DNA from: Saccostrea cucullata
Lineage: Eukaryota
Direction of reading: 5' to 3'
Assembly: GCF_032062105.1 (NCBI RefSeq)
Contig: NW_026938763.1
Span: forward strand, 1 to 64,000
Length of the DNA stretch: 64,000 nt
Part shown: positions 22,901-35,034 of the stretch, in pieces
Layout of the letters: each line of letters starts with the position of its first letter
Position numbering within the stretch: the stretch's first letter is position 1
Made by a program: the position numbers and the translations under genes
Notes under the pieces: generated by a model
Databases searched by the model: none
What the model saw: only the letters and a program-made list of their open reading frames with translations
What the model was told of the DNA's origin: nothing

Positions 22901-25900
22901 AAAACGGATTTTTTTAAAACTTAATTTATTTTCATTAAGCTATTTTATTATCACAGAACTTAAATACTTATGGAAATAGTATACCATAACCTACTTTGAA
23001 CTGCATGAAGTTTGGTCCCATCGATAGACAGACACATGATGAATGCATAGTACGTGTACTGAGTGTAAGTCATTAACAAATTTCAATATCGCAAGGGCAT
23101 ACCCTATTTGAAATTAAAAATTCAAGCTTTTAATTGTTTCTGTATACTTTGCAATTTCTGGAAAGTGCTGCTGCTTTGAATAGAATTCTCGTTTTAATAG
23201 TTCAAATTTCAAGTAAATGGGCCCATGTCGAAAGAGGTTTTACTTTTACCAAATATTTTGTGTACTTATAAAGTCACGCTCTCGATTTAAAGAAAGCAGC
23301 AGCACTTTTCAAGTTAAGGAACATATCCTATATTTATATTAAAAAGAAAAAGGTTAATATTTATTAAGTGTATGCCCTTGCTTAAGAACAATTTAATAAG
23401 GCACCTCGACATGAAATATACCTAACCTTAACATTAAAACACAACAAAATTATTTAAATATATATTCTCTCTATAGTTAATGATTAATCGCACTGAACAA
23501 AGATATACATTGGTATTAATAGCCTTTTTGAAACCTGTAAATAATATTCTAATTCAAATCAAAATGAATTTTTCACTGTTAAAATTTTCCTCAATCTGCC
23601 TCTAAGAGCATATGAAAAACATTATTTTTACCAAAATGACGTCATGATTGAAAAGTTCATCGAGATTAGTGATTTGTTTATAACCAGCTGTATGTGATTT
23701 ATCTGGCAACTTTTTTTTAATGAATTGATAAGTTTTATTGTTGTTTTTAATGCTAATACAGTTTAAAATTGCAAATTATTTTATTTTTCTGGTATTATGA
23801 GGAATACATAAAAATTGTAACTTTGTGTTACCTTCCAGTATAAATTAGGCCCCGCCTCATTTTTACAGCCTTAACAATGCTGCGTTTTCTTTAACATACA
23901 AAACACAAAAATTAATTAACAGTTTTACATTGAAGCCTATGGGCAGCGTAAGTTTTAAAGAAATATATTGTAAGAAATACTTTGAATCTCTTGGCGAAAA
24001 TACGTATAAACTCCCTCTAATATGATAAAAAAAGGATTATTTACCCGGACATTTTGAGGACATTTTTTTCTTTTCATAAAGGGCAGATAACTCTTAAAAA
24101 AAATTAAGGTGAAAAATGACTGGTTTCTAATGTTTCACCAGATTCATTTTTTTTTTGTTCGATATAGAGCAAAGCACGTTTACTTGTTTTAAATTATTCA
24201 AAATTGTCCAAAATCCCCTTATTTTACATTGAGTACCTTAAGAGTTCTTCATTCAAGTTATGGACAGAATTCTCAAAGTAGGTAGATGCATTTCATTAGA
24301 ACAAGATAGTATTCACCAATACTATTTGACACCTTATGAGAGAGCAGTATAGGTATGTTGACGTTGAACACACATGGTCCAATGCGTCATGTGGGGGAAA
24401 AGGGGGATTCTTGACCGATCAGGAATACGGCACTAGTGTACTAATTAGAGAGGTACATATACATGTACCTGTCAGTTTTCTGAGTAGTAAGGACACTCAG
24501 ATACACTATATTTACAGTTTATTTCCAAACTTCAATAAGTAAGCATATGAAAAAATATTTTTTTTCCGAGTAAATGCATATGTTATTTTTAGATTAAAGT
24601 TAACGGTAAATGTCATGGTATTACGGAAGCCCGTTGAGCCCAGTTAAGAGAAAGAAATATTTCTTATTGCTGTTAATCGCAATAATTATTGCGTTAAACG
24701 CAAAGCACTTTGCGTTTAATTGCAAAATATTGCGTTTAAACGAATGTTTTGCGTTTAAACGCAATAATTATTGCGATTAAACTTGAATGAACAACACTTA
24801 AGGTATTCAATGTATAACAAAGGGATTTTGAACATTTTTTTAATAATTGAAAACATGCTTTGCTATATATCGAAAAAAGTTAAATGAACCTGGTGAAACA
24901 TTAGAAACCAGTCATTTTTCATCTTGATTAGTGGTCTTGTTGTCCGAATTCGTATTTGGAGAGGCAGTCTTACTTCCGGAAGAGTGTAGAAAGCAAATAT
25001 TTTGCAAAAAATCAAAAGGTTAATAAGAGAAAGGAACCAGAACCAAGAATCCTTAATATAAATTTTCTTCATGACAGCGTCCAAATCCGCACGCCCTGAA
25101 GAGAAAAGGAGTTTTTGGGATAAACAGAAAGTTATTATTTCACATTAACAATATTCGCCAGATCTTTCGCCTTTTGACTTGTGTCTTTTTCTAAACTTGA
25201 TAAAACACCCTTCGGAAGAAAGAAACGAGTCGATGAAATCATAAGATTTGCCATTTTCCAGTATATTAAGGGTCACACACAAAAAAGTTCTAAAAACAAT
25301 CAGAAGTTGGATAAAAAAAATTACGGACATGTGTTTTAATTAAAAGAGAATATTAAGCTGAATCATTAAGACTCAATCATTGAAAAGTGTATTTTGCTTC
25401 TTTCGGAGCACCAAAGACATTATTTATTGAACAGCTCTCGTAATAAACCTGGATACAATTGTCTTCTTTGTGAACAAGTACGCTAGGAAAAGATATAAAA
25501 AAATTCCTGGACCAAATTCTACCACAATCCAGAGTAAGTAAGAACATTTAACACATCAGGGAAGGAATCAGGCGGCGTGGAGAAATAAACATCTAAATTT
25601 GTATTAATAAAAACTAATTATTTCTCCTATTAATTTCAGGCTCTGATTTTCCTTTTTTGACATGAATATTGAAACATGGATCCCTAGAAATTTGAGCATT
25701 CCCTGTCGACCAGTCTAACCAGCCATGAGTGTTAAGCATTAATTAGGTAGGCAGAATATTTGTTTATCAAGCTCAGTATATACATGTAAAAAGCCTTCAA
25801 ATTGATATGAAAAAAACAGCTAAAAAATGACGCAATGACAAAATATGTATATGATTATACAAGATTAAAAGACAGTTGTGCTTAATACAAAAGTCAACGA

Positions 25901-26080
25901 CTTATAATATATATTCTTTGAAATCTGTTTAAACTTGTCTTTAGCTACATCAATTAAATTATTTAAGAAATATTAGAGTTCAATTCTTATGCTAAGCATT
26001 GCTTACAATTACGACATACCAGAATGCAGTAAACTTAAGCAGCAGGTCAACAGATATAGAGTCACCAATGTTATATCCAT
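10727..26080 (-). CDS. Uncharacterised secreted glycoprotein, paralog B (intact, 9 exons, 826 aa): signal peptide, Thr/Ser-rich mucin-like region, beta-rich domains, 8-Cys C-terminal domain
   Basis: Exons (minus strand) 26080-26020, 18778-18188, 17335-17082, 16111-15875, 14522-14325, 13102-13018, 12858-12680, 11707-11054, 10948-10727. All introns GT-AG and phase-compatible; 2481 nt with no internal stop. Exon sizes 237/198/85 are shared with paralogs A and C (236 in C). No transmembrane segment after the signal peptide. Confidence 0.85.
11054..11707 (-). CDS. Paralog B exon 8 (VPDGVYI...DGNDTTC...QNLQ)
   Basis: 654 nt open frame within the 238-aa ORF, flanked by ttttgaag and gtgata. Confidence 0.88.
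11719..11863. repeat. Imperfect foldback, terminus of a Crypton-like non-autonomous element (inferred)
   Basis: taaggaat..ctaattcttggcca..tggtttgggtc / gacccaaacca..tggtcaagaattag..attcctta. Confidence 0.7.
12680..12858 (-). CDS. Paralog B exon 7 (GYYDSENTTNDD...KSNSS)
   Basis: 179 nt, tttacag/gtaagt; homologous to 32676-32501 and 1358-~1286. Confidence 0.88.
13018..13102 (-). CDS. Paralog B exon 6 (GADIQFLETCG...HWVNR)
   Basis: 85 nt; homologous to 1603-1519 and 33260-33176. Confidence 0.87.
14325..14522 (-). CDS. Paralog B exon 5 (QMNKTG...FKAWIPYYNP...NYHP)
   Basis: 198 nt; same size and FKAW.P..NP motif at 2248-2051 and 33950-33753. Confidence 0.88.
15110..15457 (+). mobile_element. 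tRNA-derived SINE, near full length
   Basis: A box tggtgcagtgg, B box ggttcaaatcc, body, 3' ggcgtctccatatgagtgaaaattctcgagagggac and (CAAT)n-like tail. Confidence 0.85.
15875..16111 (-). CDS. Paralog B exon 4 (TGFLKY...VKTTIL)
   Basis: 237 nt, AG/GT boundaries; homologous to 2968-2732 and 35715-35480. Confidence 0.87.
17082..17335 (-). CDS. Paralog B exon 3 (ADEPLISYP...RMYRN)
   Basis: ttttacag acceptor, gtgagc donor; homologous to 37739-37480 and 3367-3118. Confidence 0.87.
17358..17800 (+). mobile_element. Helitron/Helentron-like non-autonomous element (family also at 44880-45790 and 59898-60315)
   Basis: Two ~150-bp internal repeats (gcataccaaatatgaagtctctatctctc), (AGAC/AAAC)n tract, terminal hairpin cccgaataaattcggg. 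Confidence 0.75.
18188..18778 (-). CDS. Paralog B exon 2, Thr/Ser/Glu-rich mucin-like region
   Basis: ttttctctgcag acceptor, 591 nt open frame, phase 1-1, gtaaag donor. Confidence 0.82.
19368..20862. repeat. ~1.5-kb minisatellite, ~20-bp unit (ACACACGATACGATAGGAGA-like), in intron 1 of paralog B
   Basis: Tandem degenerate units directly visible; source of the overlapping SYR/IVS/YD ORFs. Confidence 0.96.
20852..21850. repeat. Diverged tandem duplication, period ~457 bp
   Basis: aggatatactaacag at 20852 and 21309, each followed by gttatttatgtcattct, ttaattgcaaagct, tcattgttgtacatgta, catattaaggttaaaca. Confidence 0.82.
24105..24930. mobile_element. Two inverted TTAA-bounded element ends (Kolobok-like, inferred) around a palindrome-rich fragment
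   Basis: 24105-24241 (...cattgagtaccttaa) is the reverse complement of 24798-24930 (ttaaggtattcaatg...); cgcaataattattgcg palindromes at 24672-24782. Confidence 0.7.
26020..26080 (-). CDS. Paralog B exon 1, signal peptide MDITLVTLYLLTCCLSLLHS
   Basis: ATG, hydrophobic 20 aa, G|GTATGT phase-1 donor, same layout as the first exons of A and C. Confidence 0.72.
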
Positions 26081-28393
26081 AACAGCCCTTTGTAAGGATT
26101 AATGTTCGAGTCTATTTTACTCTTTGAAAAAAAAGTACAAAAAATAAATTTTAAATGTCTGCTACCTGTTTTAAAAGGAAATTGGAAATTAATTCAGCAC
26201 CAAATTGCTTTACATCGATTTTTTGTCATTGAGCCTTTTACGTATTAGAATAATAAAATAAATTATTTATCATTGTAAATTAGCTTTTGTCATGTATTGC
26301 GCAAATGCCCTTAACTGCAAACATAGTCATCTCCGGAAAAGAAGACGATCTTAATTTAGTTTACATATCATTAACCATGTATATTCTCATTAAAATTTTG
26401 TCCATCAACCGTGAAATTCAAACTTTGGGGGGTTGTGGGTTTTTTTTCTTCAGGAAGTGGAGAAATCCGCGAATTCATGTCCTTCATGAAATGGAAAATG
26501 GCAAAGCACAGTTTGAACATAATGTTTGAACCAAGAAATAAAAACAACCGAGCATTTGAATTACGGCAAAACACGAAAATTTGATCAAACAAACTATAGC
26601 GATTTTATATTATACAGATTTTACATTATGCAGAAATCTAAAATGTGTACAAAACAGAAACTTACTTTTGTGTCGACCGCAGAGCACGTATGGAGCAATA
26701 AACATGACGTCTGTCTGTATTTCTGCTCATTCGTCCGTCCGTTTGTCAATCTGTGGCACCTTATATTTAGAGAACTGCAAGAGGTATGTATTAAATATCG
26801 TGCATATATATAGAGTGACAATATAGTTTTTGTCCTTGACCATGTTTTTACCTACTCTATAAGTTCATGCATATAAAATGTGCACTGTTTGTCATGAATC
26901 ATTTTTAAAAATACTAACGTTACAGTTCACTTGACCTTCGACCTAATTTGCAAAATATACTGTTTGAAATGCGGTTCACACAAAAGCTGTAATCCAAAAT
27001 GTATGGTGTAGACTGACAGTTGTGGAAAAGACAGACTGAATTCTTTTTTAAAGGCCTAGGGTTGTTGAAATCACGTATTGATTAATTAATTGATAATATG
27101 TTGACGATGAGACCGTTAGGTCGAGTGCAGATACTTATTCTGTTTTAATTTCGATCGGGCTAGATTGTCAAACTGTATGTAACCTGTTGCATGTAAAGAT
27201 TCTGACATCACATAACGTCGTATTTTAGTTACTTTACCAAAACGTGGCCTGAACATTGTTCACTGTAATTAAGAACGTTTTATTTACTTTTTACATGTAT
27301 CTTTCAATATATACATAAAATCAAGGCGATTTTTTTTTTTTTTTGGTTAAACGTTTGTTGTTATTCATGCGAGAAGACAGCATAAACGATCGTGGCATTG
27401 TGGTTCAAAAAGTAACTGCTGAAAAATATCATTTGGGTCAATTTGAAAGTCCTAGTTTTCTCTTTATGTTTTAGTGTTTTTCTCTACATATCGTATTCTT
27501 GAATTTAAAATATACCTTAAGTTCGGTCAATCAAACGTTAATATTATTGTTCTTTTAGGCTGGGTTTTAAGTATTTTCGATGCAAGATCAAAAGTCTATC
27601 GTAACAATACCAACTGGGAACAGAGCAAAGAGGGTTCATACAGGGAATCAAGTGCCGTAGAGGAGTAGGCATCTACTGTCGGTCGATGAAACATGTCATG
27701 TGCTTCTTGGCATAATCATCCAGAAAAAGAAATAATCCCCAACAAAATCTGAAAAAATGATCAAATAATATGTATGAAAAACATCAGTCAGTAATCATCT
27801 TAATGACGAATTTAAGTTAGTGACAAGGGCTATAACACTTGCCAAATGAAGATTTCTCAGCAAAAATGTTTTCTTAATTTTGAGTCTCTATCTATCTCCG
27901 AAACAAGCTCCGTAGATGTATGCTTTTGCAATGTTTCTTTCATAGTAGACCCGAGTTTGAGTTATCTTTTTTTTTAAGATGTTGTAATTTTTTTTTGTCA
28001 TCTACATCTGCAAAGCAGGGAATGCTATTTCAATTATGTACTCATTTATTATGCAAAACAACAGGACCAAAATTTTAAAAATCTAAAGAAACAATGATAT
28101 AAAAAAGGTTTATTAGACATGCAAGGTTAACGAACCAAATTATTGCATAAGCCTCGTACACAAATAATCAGATATAGATACGTGTAGTACGACTTAATTT
28201 ATCCATGCATTTTGCAAAAGGGATCAATCTAAGTACATCATGAAGTATATCACACACTTTTAAAATCACTATATAGCATCGTTTTCGTAGTTTTCGACCT
28301 TGATCAATACCAAATGAATTCATATCCTTTTCAATAGAGTATATTGAATTAGTGCACACATTAATGTGACGTTAAAATTTTGCTATGCATTTC

Positions 28394-29019
28394 TACAAAA
28401 GCCCATTTAGGACCTATCGAAAAATATTTTTGAATCCGATATAACGAATTATCGAATTTGTTATAACGGATTTAATTCGTTTTAACAATAATAATGAATT
28501 TAATCTGTTATAACAAATTTGTCGATTTTGTTATAACGAATTCAACATTTGTTAATACGAATTAAATTCATTTAAACAGATTCTAAAACTTGTTATAACG
28601 AATTGAATTCATTTAAACGAATTCCATAATTTGTTATAGCGAAATGAATTCGTTAAAACGAATTCGACAAATCGTAATATCGAATTTATATATATTTTTC
28701 TATAGACCCTGATTATTGAATTCGATCAAACGAATTTAATTTGTTATAACAAACTTTGGAATTTGTTTTAACAAATTTAATTTGTTATAACAAAATTGTT
28801 TAAATGAATTTAATTTGTTATAACAAACGAATTTAATTTATTATAACAAATTTAAGAATTCATTATAATGAATTCAACAAATTTGTTATAACAGATTAAA
28901 ATCGTTATAACAAATTCATAGAAATTGTTATGACGAATTAAATTCGTTATAACAAATACGACAATTCGTTATATCGGATTCAATTATATATTTCGATAGG
29001 TCCTAAATTGGCTTTCGTA
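28394..29019. mobile_element. Foldback MITE with TAC..GTA termini and 6-bp target duplication CATTTC (IS3EU-like, inferred)
   Basis: TIR tacaaaagcccatttaggacctatcgaaa / tttcgataggtcctaaattggctttcgta; catttc at 28388-28393 and 29020-29025; interior made of palindromic ttgttataacgaatt units. Confidence 0.9.
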
Positions 29020-29049
29020 CATTTCTTATGTCTGCAAAAATAAGGGGTA

Positions 29050-29266
29050 CTGTGGAATCGTTTTTATTCGTGGGGGTCAATGTTCGTGGGTAGCAAAAAA
29101 TTTCCTTTTTCGTGGGGACGTATTTTCGTTGATAACAAGTTCTATTCCCTTTTCGTAACTTAAATACATAATAAAACAAATGTTTGTGGGGATGTAAATT
29201 CGTGGGTCAGGGTAACCCACGAAAGCCACGAACATTGGTCCCCCACGAACAATGATGATTCCACAG
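29050..29266. mobile_element. MITE with TA target duplication (Tc1/mariner-type)
   Basis: ta|ctgtggaatcg...ttcgtgggggtcaatgttcgtgg versus ccacgaacattggtcccccacgaa...gattccacag|ta. Confidence 0.88.
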
Positions 29267-29959
29267 TATTTGTAAAAAAAAAAAAAAAGAAAAAGAAAAA
29301 AAAACAAGAGAAGTTTATCTAAGAAATGAATATAATTGCTGTAGATTCATGGGGACATTAACTGCAACGCTTCACATCGGTATATTTCAGGAAACACAGC
29401 ACTTCATGGTAAAGAAGAAACGTGTAGTTCATGCACAACATCCATGTCAGCTTTTGAGAAATGAACTTAATTTTATATTGTTAAAAATCTTAAGGGAAAT
29501 TTATGGAAAATGTAATTATCATATTTTGAATCTAAGTACCAGGCGAGAGCTTAATATACAACTTCAATCTTAAAAAACCTATGCTTTATTACATAAAAGA
29601 GATTTTCCGTAATTATAAATTTAATTGATAATGGGTCAAGAAATGCATTCTTTGTTCCTCTGATTGATTGCTTGCTTGATTGTATATTGTTTTATGCCGT
29701 GTCGGAAATTTTTCAGCCATGTTTCGGTGGATCCTTAGAATGGGGACGGAAGTTAAATAAACTAAAGAAGAAATCTTGAGTTTTCTCTTTAATACAAATA
29801 TTAAACTGAATTGATAATAAACAATCAAAATAAAACAATTGTTGGTTTTGTGACATGAATTAGTGTTTAAGGAAAGATACTTTCATTGATTAAGAAATAT
29901 GTTAAAGGATTTGGAAACAGCGAACAATATTCAATATTAAAGTCCACAAAAAATACAAA

Positions 29960-30600
29960 AATAGAAGCAGAGCAAACAGGGACCTCCAAAACATCAAAGG
30001 TGGGATCAGGTGCCATGGAGGAGTGAGCAACACCTGCCGAACGGTCACACCCGCCGTGTACTCATTGTCATTATCGGGATATAACGGAAAAATCCTTCGT
30101 CAAATCAGTGTATAGATAATGACCTAGCAATTACGGTCAGAAAAGTCACTCAGCATTAGAGTCAATGATAAATTGTACTTTAAGTTATTGTACCTACCAT
30201 AGAACTTACGAAATGATGACTTTGAACGAGACTGTTGAGATTCTTGTTTCATCAACTTGTTTTTCAATAATTTACCTCGTTTTATAAACTGTTCATGCGT
30301 TGAGCATGCTCTTGTGTATCGAATCCACTGAGAGACATAAACTACGTAACTATGCAGCTTATGAAGGTATCATGCTGCATAAGTAAGGGAAGTAGACGAT
30401 AGAAAGTTACAGTCATCATATTTATCTTAGAGTTTTGTTTTTATATTACTTTTAAGGTCCTTTTCAAGTAAAATATTCAAGTATGAAACAGGTGTGTCAG
30501 ACTGTGGTATCTTTTATCTCAAGGTAACCAGTATATATCATATCGAAATAGGAATGGAAATTACCATTTTAAATTGACAATACATTGTATCTAATGAATC
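29960..30600 (-). mobile_element. Penelope-like retroelement RT C-terminal fragment plus conserved 3' segment
   Basis: Degenerate IY..LEIKDTT..SYLNILL..TKL*DKYDD.NF.IVYFPYLCS.IP...YVSQWIRYTRACS, followed by the cacggcgggtgtgacc...cacctgatcccacct segment. Confidence 0.75.
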
Positions 30601-33600
30601 TAACAAGATATTTTTATGATTGCAATTTCAAATAGAATAGCTAGTTTTGCAAAATCTTACAATTACCTTAACCTTTTTGTCTTAGTCGTATATTTAAAAA
30701 AAAACAAAAAAACGGGCCCCTGGGCATTCTATACTGTAACAAATTTGTTTCTACCTCCTTTAAAAGATTTGATGTTATAACTGACTCAAGTGAACCTCAG
30801 GTCCATTTGTTCACATTAACACATAAGGTAGACATATTTTAAACATCACATTGTTGTAATAGAATTGCAACCACAAAGGAGTAGGTTTTTCCCTGAAAAC
30901 ACAAAGATAATTTATGTGTATCACAAGTTGTTAGCGGTTATCTCACAAATTTCCCATTGTCCGGATTTATCTCTGTTTTCTTTGTTTGAAATAAAAAGAA
31001 TCAGTTCGCTACATTCAACGGCACTCTTACAGTCACATCTATGCGTACATTCCACTAAGTTTGCATTAAGCGTTTTATTTTTGGTTATCAAATCACAGGT
31101 TGCAAAAAATCCTTGAAAGCTGTCCACCAGGACCGTTGTTGGGAATAATACCTGAAAAATAACTCGATCAAGTACTTAAAAAATCAGTTTATTTCCTGGG
31201 TTACTTTGTTTAAATCGAAGAAAACGTCCTGTTGATTCGATTTTGAAATCGCGTTATTGAACATGATACCATTGATTGAAAAATAAAACCTCATGAAGGA
31301 TATGCACTTTGCAGGTTCATGTATATCTTTTTACAGTTCCCCATATTTCAGTCCATTTTCTGAATTATTTGTTAAGTAAGTAAATAAAAGAGAAAAAGGT
31401 CTTACCAGAAGAATTCGCTTTCCATGTGCATAACAAGACATTTCATTCTCTTTGACTGTAACATCAAATGCCTTGTCTTCAATGCAAGACATCAAAAGTA
31501 CTCATTCTTTCTTAATGACTCGTCATATTATCATATATTTAATTTGCAAATCAAATGCAAGCGTTTTTATAATTGTGTAAATACTTCAATGCCAAACCAT
31601 AAAAAGGATTATACATGCCGTATTGAAAAATTAACGCATTTCACACGTTAAAAGTAACAAAGCAAATATAAAGTATGAATAAGTCACAAATGTAAATATA
31701 AGTAATAAGGTATCATTTTTTGAGTTTTATTGGGAATAATGACACAAGTCGTCATATTATCTTAACTAGTACTTGATAAAAAGTTGATAATATCATCAAA
31801 TTGTCATCTTGAAAGAAAGTAGGCTTGTTAAAAATGATATTTTCCTCGACGGATTTCTCTCCTGTATTTATTGACACCGCATAAGTGTTGCTAAAGTTGA
31901 TTAATTCTTTTGGATGCATTTTTACATCAAATTGAATGGTTAAAGCTGGGGCTTTATTGCCATTTAAATATCTTGAAGATATGACGGAGCCTGAGGCGAC
32001 AGACTGAGTTTGAGTATAATTACGATAAGATCAACAAATCATCCCCTTGCCGCCGTAGACATCTATATTCTGTACGTACAGAGGAGTGTCTCTTATTTCT
32101 GCCTTGTCTGTTATTTGTTTTGATAAAAGCGTTACATTTAAATTTTCTGCTCTACCGGCCGGAATGTCGATTTCCATGATGTAGGTCACTTGATCAGAGG
32201 GGGACAGTTTGTCAGATGAACCCTTTAGTATGAACATTGTTGGTGTCACACCCTGGAAAAAACATTTTTTTAAAAATGACGTTGTCTTAAAAATATACTA
32301 AGTATGTAAAACGTTGTTATTTAAATGCAAACGTGTCAAAACCTGTTGCCAACGTTATGTTAATAATGCTTATGATATGGGCTTATTCTATTCAATGCTA
32401 GAAACCACAATTAAAGTCGAATAAATTTTGAATTCATAACATATAATAACTTCATGGAGTGCATTTTACAAAGTACAAGATAATTAACATGGATGCGTAC
32501 GTTTGTTGAAGTTGATGCTTCTAGTGAGGCAGTTGAATTCCAAACCTCTATATCGTCTACAAATATACTGATGCTGATGTTATTCACTGTCCCAACAATA
32601 GCCATATCCGACAGAGCCACTCCAGCTTCGAACACGATGACGTCATCATCCGTGGTGTTTTCATTGTCATAATATCCTGTGGATATATATAGTTAAAAAA
32701 GTTACCTTTCATTGAGCAGTCGTTTGATCAAGAAAATGATTTCAATAGTCTCTAATGACTGAAACAAATCATTACAAGCACTCAGTGATTGTGTATACCA
32801 AGATTTTATGAAATTACTCAATCTTGAGATTTCGCAAAAAAAAAAAAAAAAAAAAAAAAAAAAGAAAAAAAAAACGCGGGCGACTGTTTGCACAAGATAA
32901 ACGACATCAAAAAAAAAAAAAATATATATATATGAAATTAAAAAAAACCTGTTCCTATTGTGGTTATATTTGAGACTTTAAAAAAAAGTTTGTTTTGAAC
33001 TTCGTCCATTATAAAAGACTAGCACATAAGAAAAATAATTGCACTTAAATTGAAGTTTAACAAGGAAATCATAAGCAAGGCGAATACGAACTCGATACAA
33101 AGATAATCAATTGCATAAACCTCGAAAGATTTGTTGTACTGTAGCAAAACCAAAAAAGAAAAAAAAAATACTAACCCCTGTTCACCCAGTCGGAAGGAAA
33201 TTGTAGGGTAATATTAGAATATCCTACATAACACGTTTCCAAATACCCAATAGTGGCCCCCTGTAAAGAGAGTCCTCTGTATTACGCTCTATACCACTGT
33301 ATAGCAAGCATGGTATCATTTAGTCTCAGACAACAATTTATAAACATAACGACAAACATTAATCATTATGTACACATGCATTGATCATTTGATCTCGTGT
33401 GACTTTATAAATTGAAGTTATAAATTGGTAGTCTAATTATATATCAAGCATATTTGTTATGACGATGGCTAGTAATGAAGCAAATCACTATATATCGTGT
33501 ATATTACGTGTATATAGATATTAAATAGAATGGACATTTTTCATACATGTACAAAACCATCAACGTTTTAGTCAATTGATCATTAAAAAGAAAGCAAATA

Positions 33601-34222
33601 TAACGTTGTATTTCAAATGTGTTCGCCCGTTCTGCAAATCATCCCACTTTTCCAACTATCGTTAATGCCCTGGCATACCCCACAAACAAGGCAGTGATTC
33701 GAAAATTATATTGTGAATTTGGCCAAATTTAAGATTAAAAATTGATGCTTACTGGATAAAAATGGTCCCCCACATCACGAACTTTAAGATACAAAGCCTC
33801 CATGTGTTGTCCAGTGAGATGAACTCTGATTTGTGGATTATAGAATGGGATCCATGCTTTGAAGACAATTCTTGTGACATTCTTTACTTCAGTTTTTATT
33901 GTGGAAAAAGTCACTGCCTCCACTTCGTAGGAATCTGTCTTATTCATTGGCTGCATTTGTTAATAAAGAAAATCAAATAATTGAAAAACACATCAATATA
34001 AACACTGCCTTAAGTGACATGAGATATATTTACATATCAAAATTATAAATTTTATGGCTGTATCTTCAAATCAGAGAAAATATCAGAATTATTTTCGACG
34101 AGTGAATTTTCTATCAAAAAAAAAAAAAAAATAAAATAAAATGAAATAAATAACGAAACAGGGCAAGACGTTTCCTTGTACAATAAATAAATACACTAAT
34201 TAATAAATAATGTCCTGCAAAC

Positions 34223-35034
34223 ATACTCACCGTCAATAGAAACGCAACACCCTAATTTTAGGAAGAAAATTATATACGGGATATAACTATGTACCAAAAA
34301 AAGTGTGGACATCTTTAACTTTGCCATATCAGTTATTTAACGGTTGAATGATTTCCATTACCGGAAGTTGATTTTTTGCGCTCTTAACAGATAACTTTTA
34401 AAACACCCCCCTTCCGACCATTTAATTAAAACGTGCTAGTCCGCCATGTACAACATACGCATCCCGATTTCTACAGTGCATTAGATGTATCAACGTCTTT
34501 ATCTGAGCGAAATAGATATTCTTGGGAAGTTTTAAATGCCTGTTTTTTAGATACTAAGGTCGAATTTTCTCTAACTTGGCATAGTGTAGTAACCCTTAGT
34601 CTTCCGGTCAAGGAACTGTCATTCATGCTTTTGAAAAACATGAGCCCGAGAAGTCGTTTTGTAGTGTATATTTGCATCTGTAGCTCTCCTTTTTCTTTAT
34701 TTTGAGAATTTCCAGCATCCTGCTTTGTCATTTTGAGGAAATACAGGCATCACATGTAGAAAAAAAAGAAAGATACGGACAATACTTATGATTAACAGGT
34801 ACAAAACCTTAAAAAAACCAAAATATTGTCAATAATTTTATAAAAAATGCTAATTTTTTACTTCTGTTAAGATGGCTAAAAATCAACATCCGGTAATGGA
34901 TTGAAAATCCTTAAACCGTTAAATAACTGATTTGGTAAAGTTAAAGATGTCCTTACTTTTTGGAACATCGTAATATCCTGTATATAATTTTCATCCTAAA
35001 ATTAGAGTGTTGCGTTTCTATTGATTGTGAGCTA
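34223..35034. mobile_element. ~810-bp non-autonomous DNA transposon with ~170-bp TIRs
   Basis: ctcaccgtcaatagaaacgcaacaccctaattttagga...ttaccggaagttgatttt is inverted at 34864-35031. Confidence 0.88.

Noticed and set aside
32031-32033. In-frame TGA in paralog C as selenocysteine or readthrough
   Set aside because: The aligned residue in B is Val, not Cys, and the same exon has frameshifts and an insertion.
34433-34731. ORFs inside the long-TIR element as a transposase
   Set aside because: Short, with no DDE or HTH motifs; the element is non-autonomous.
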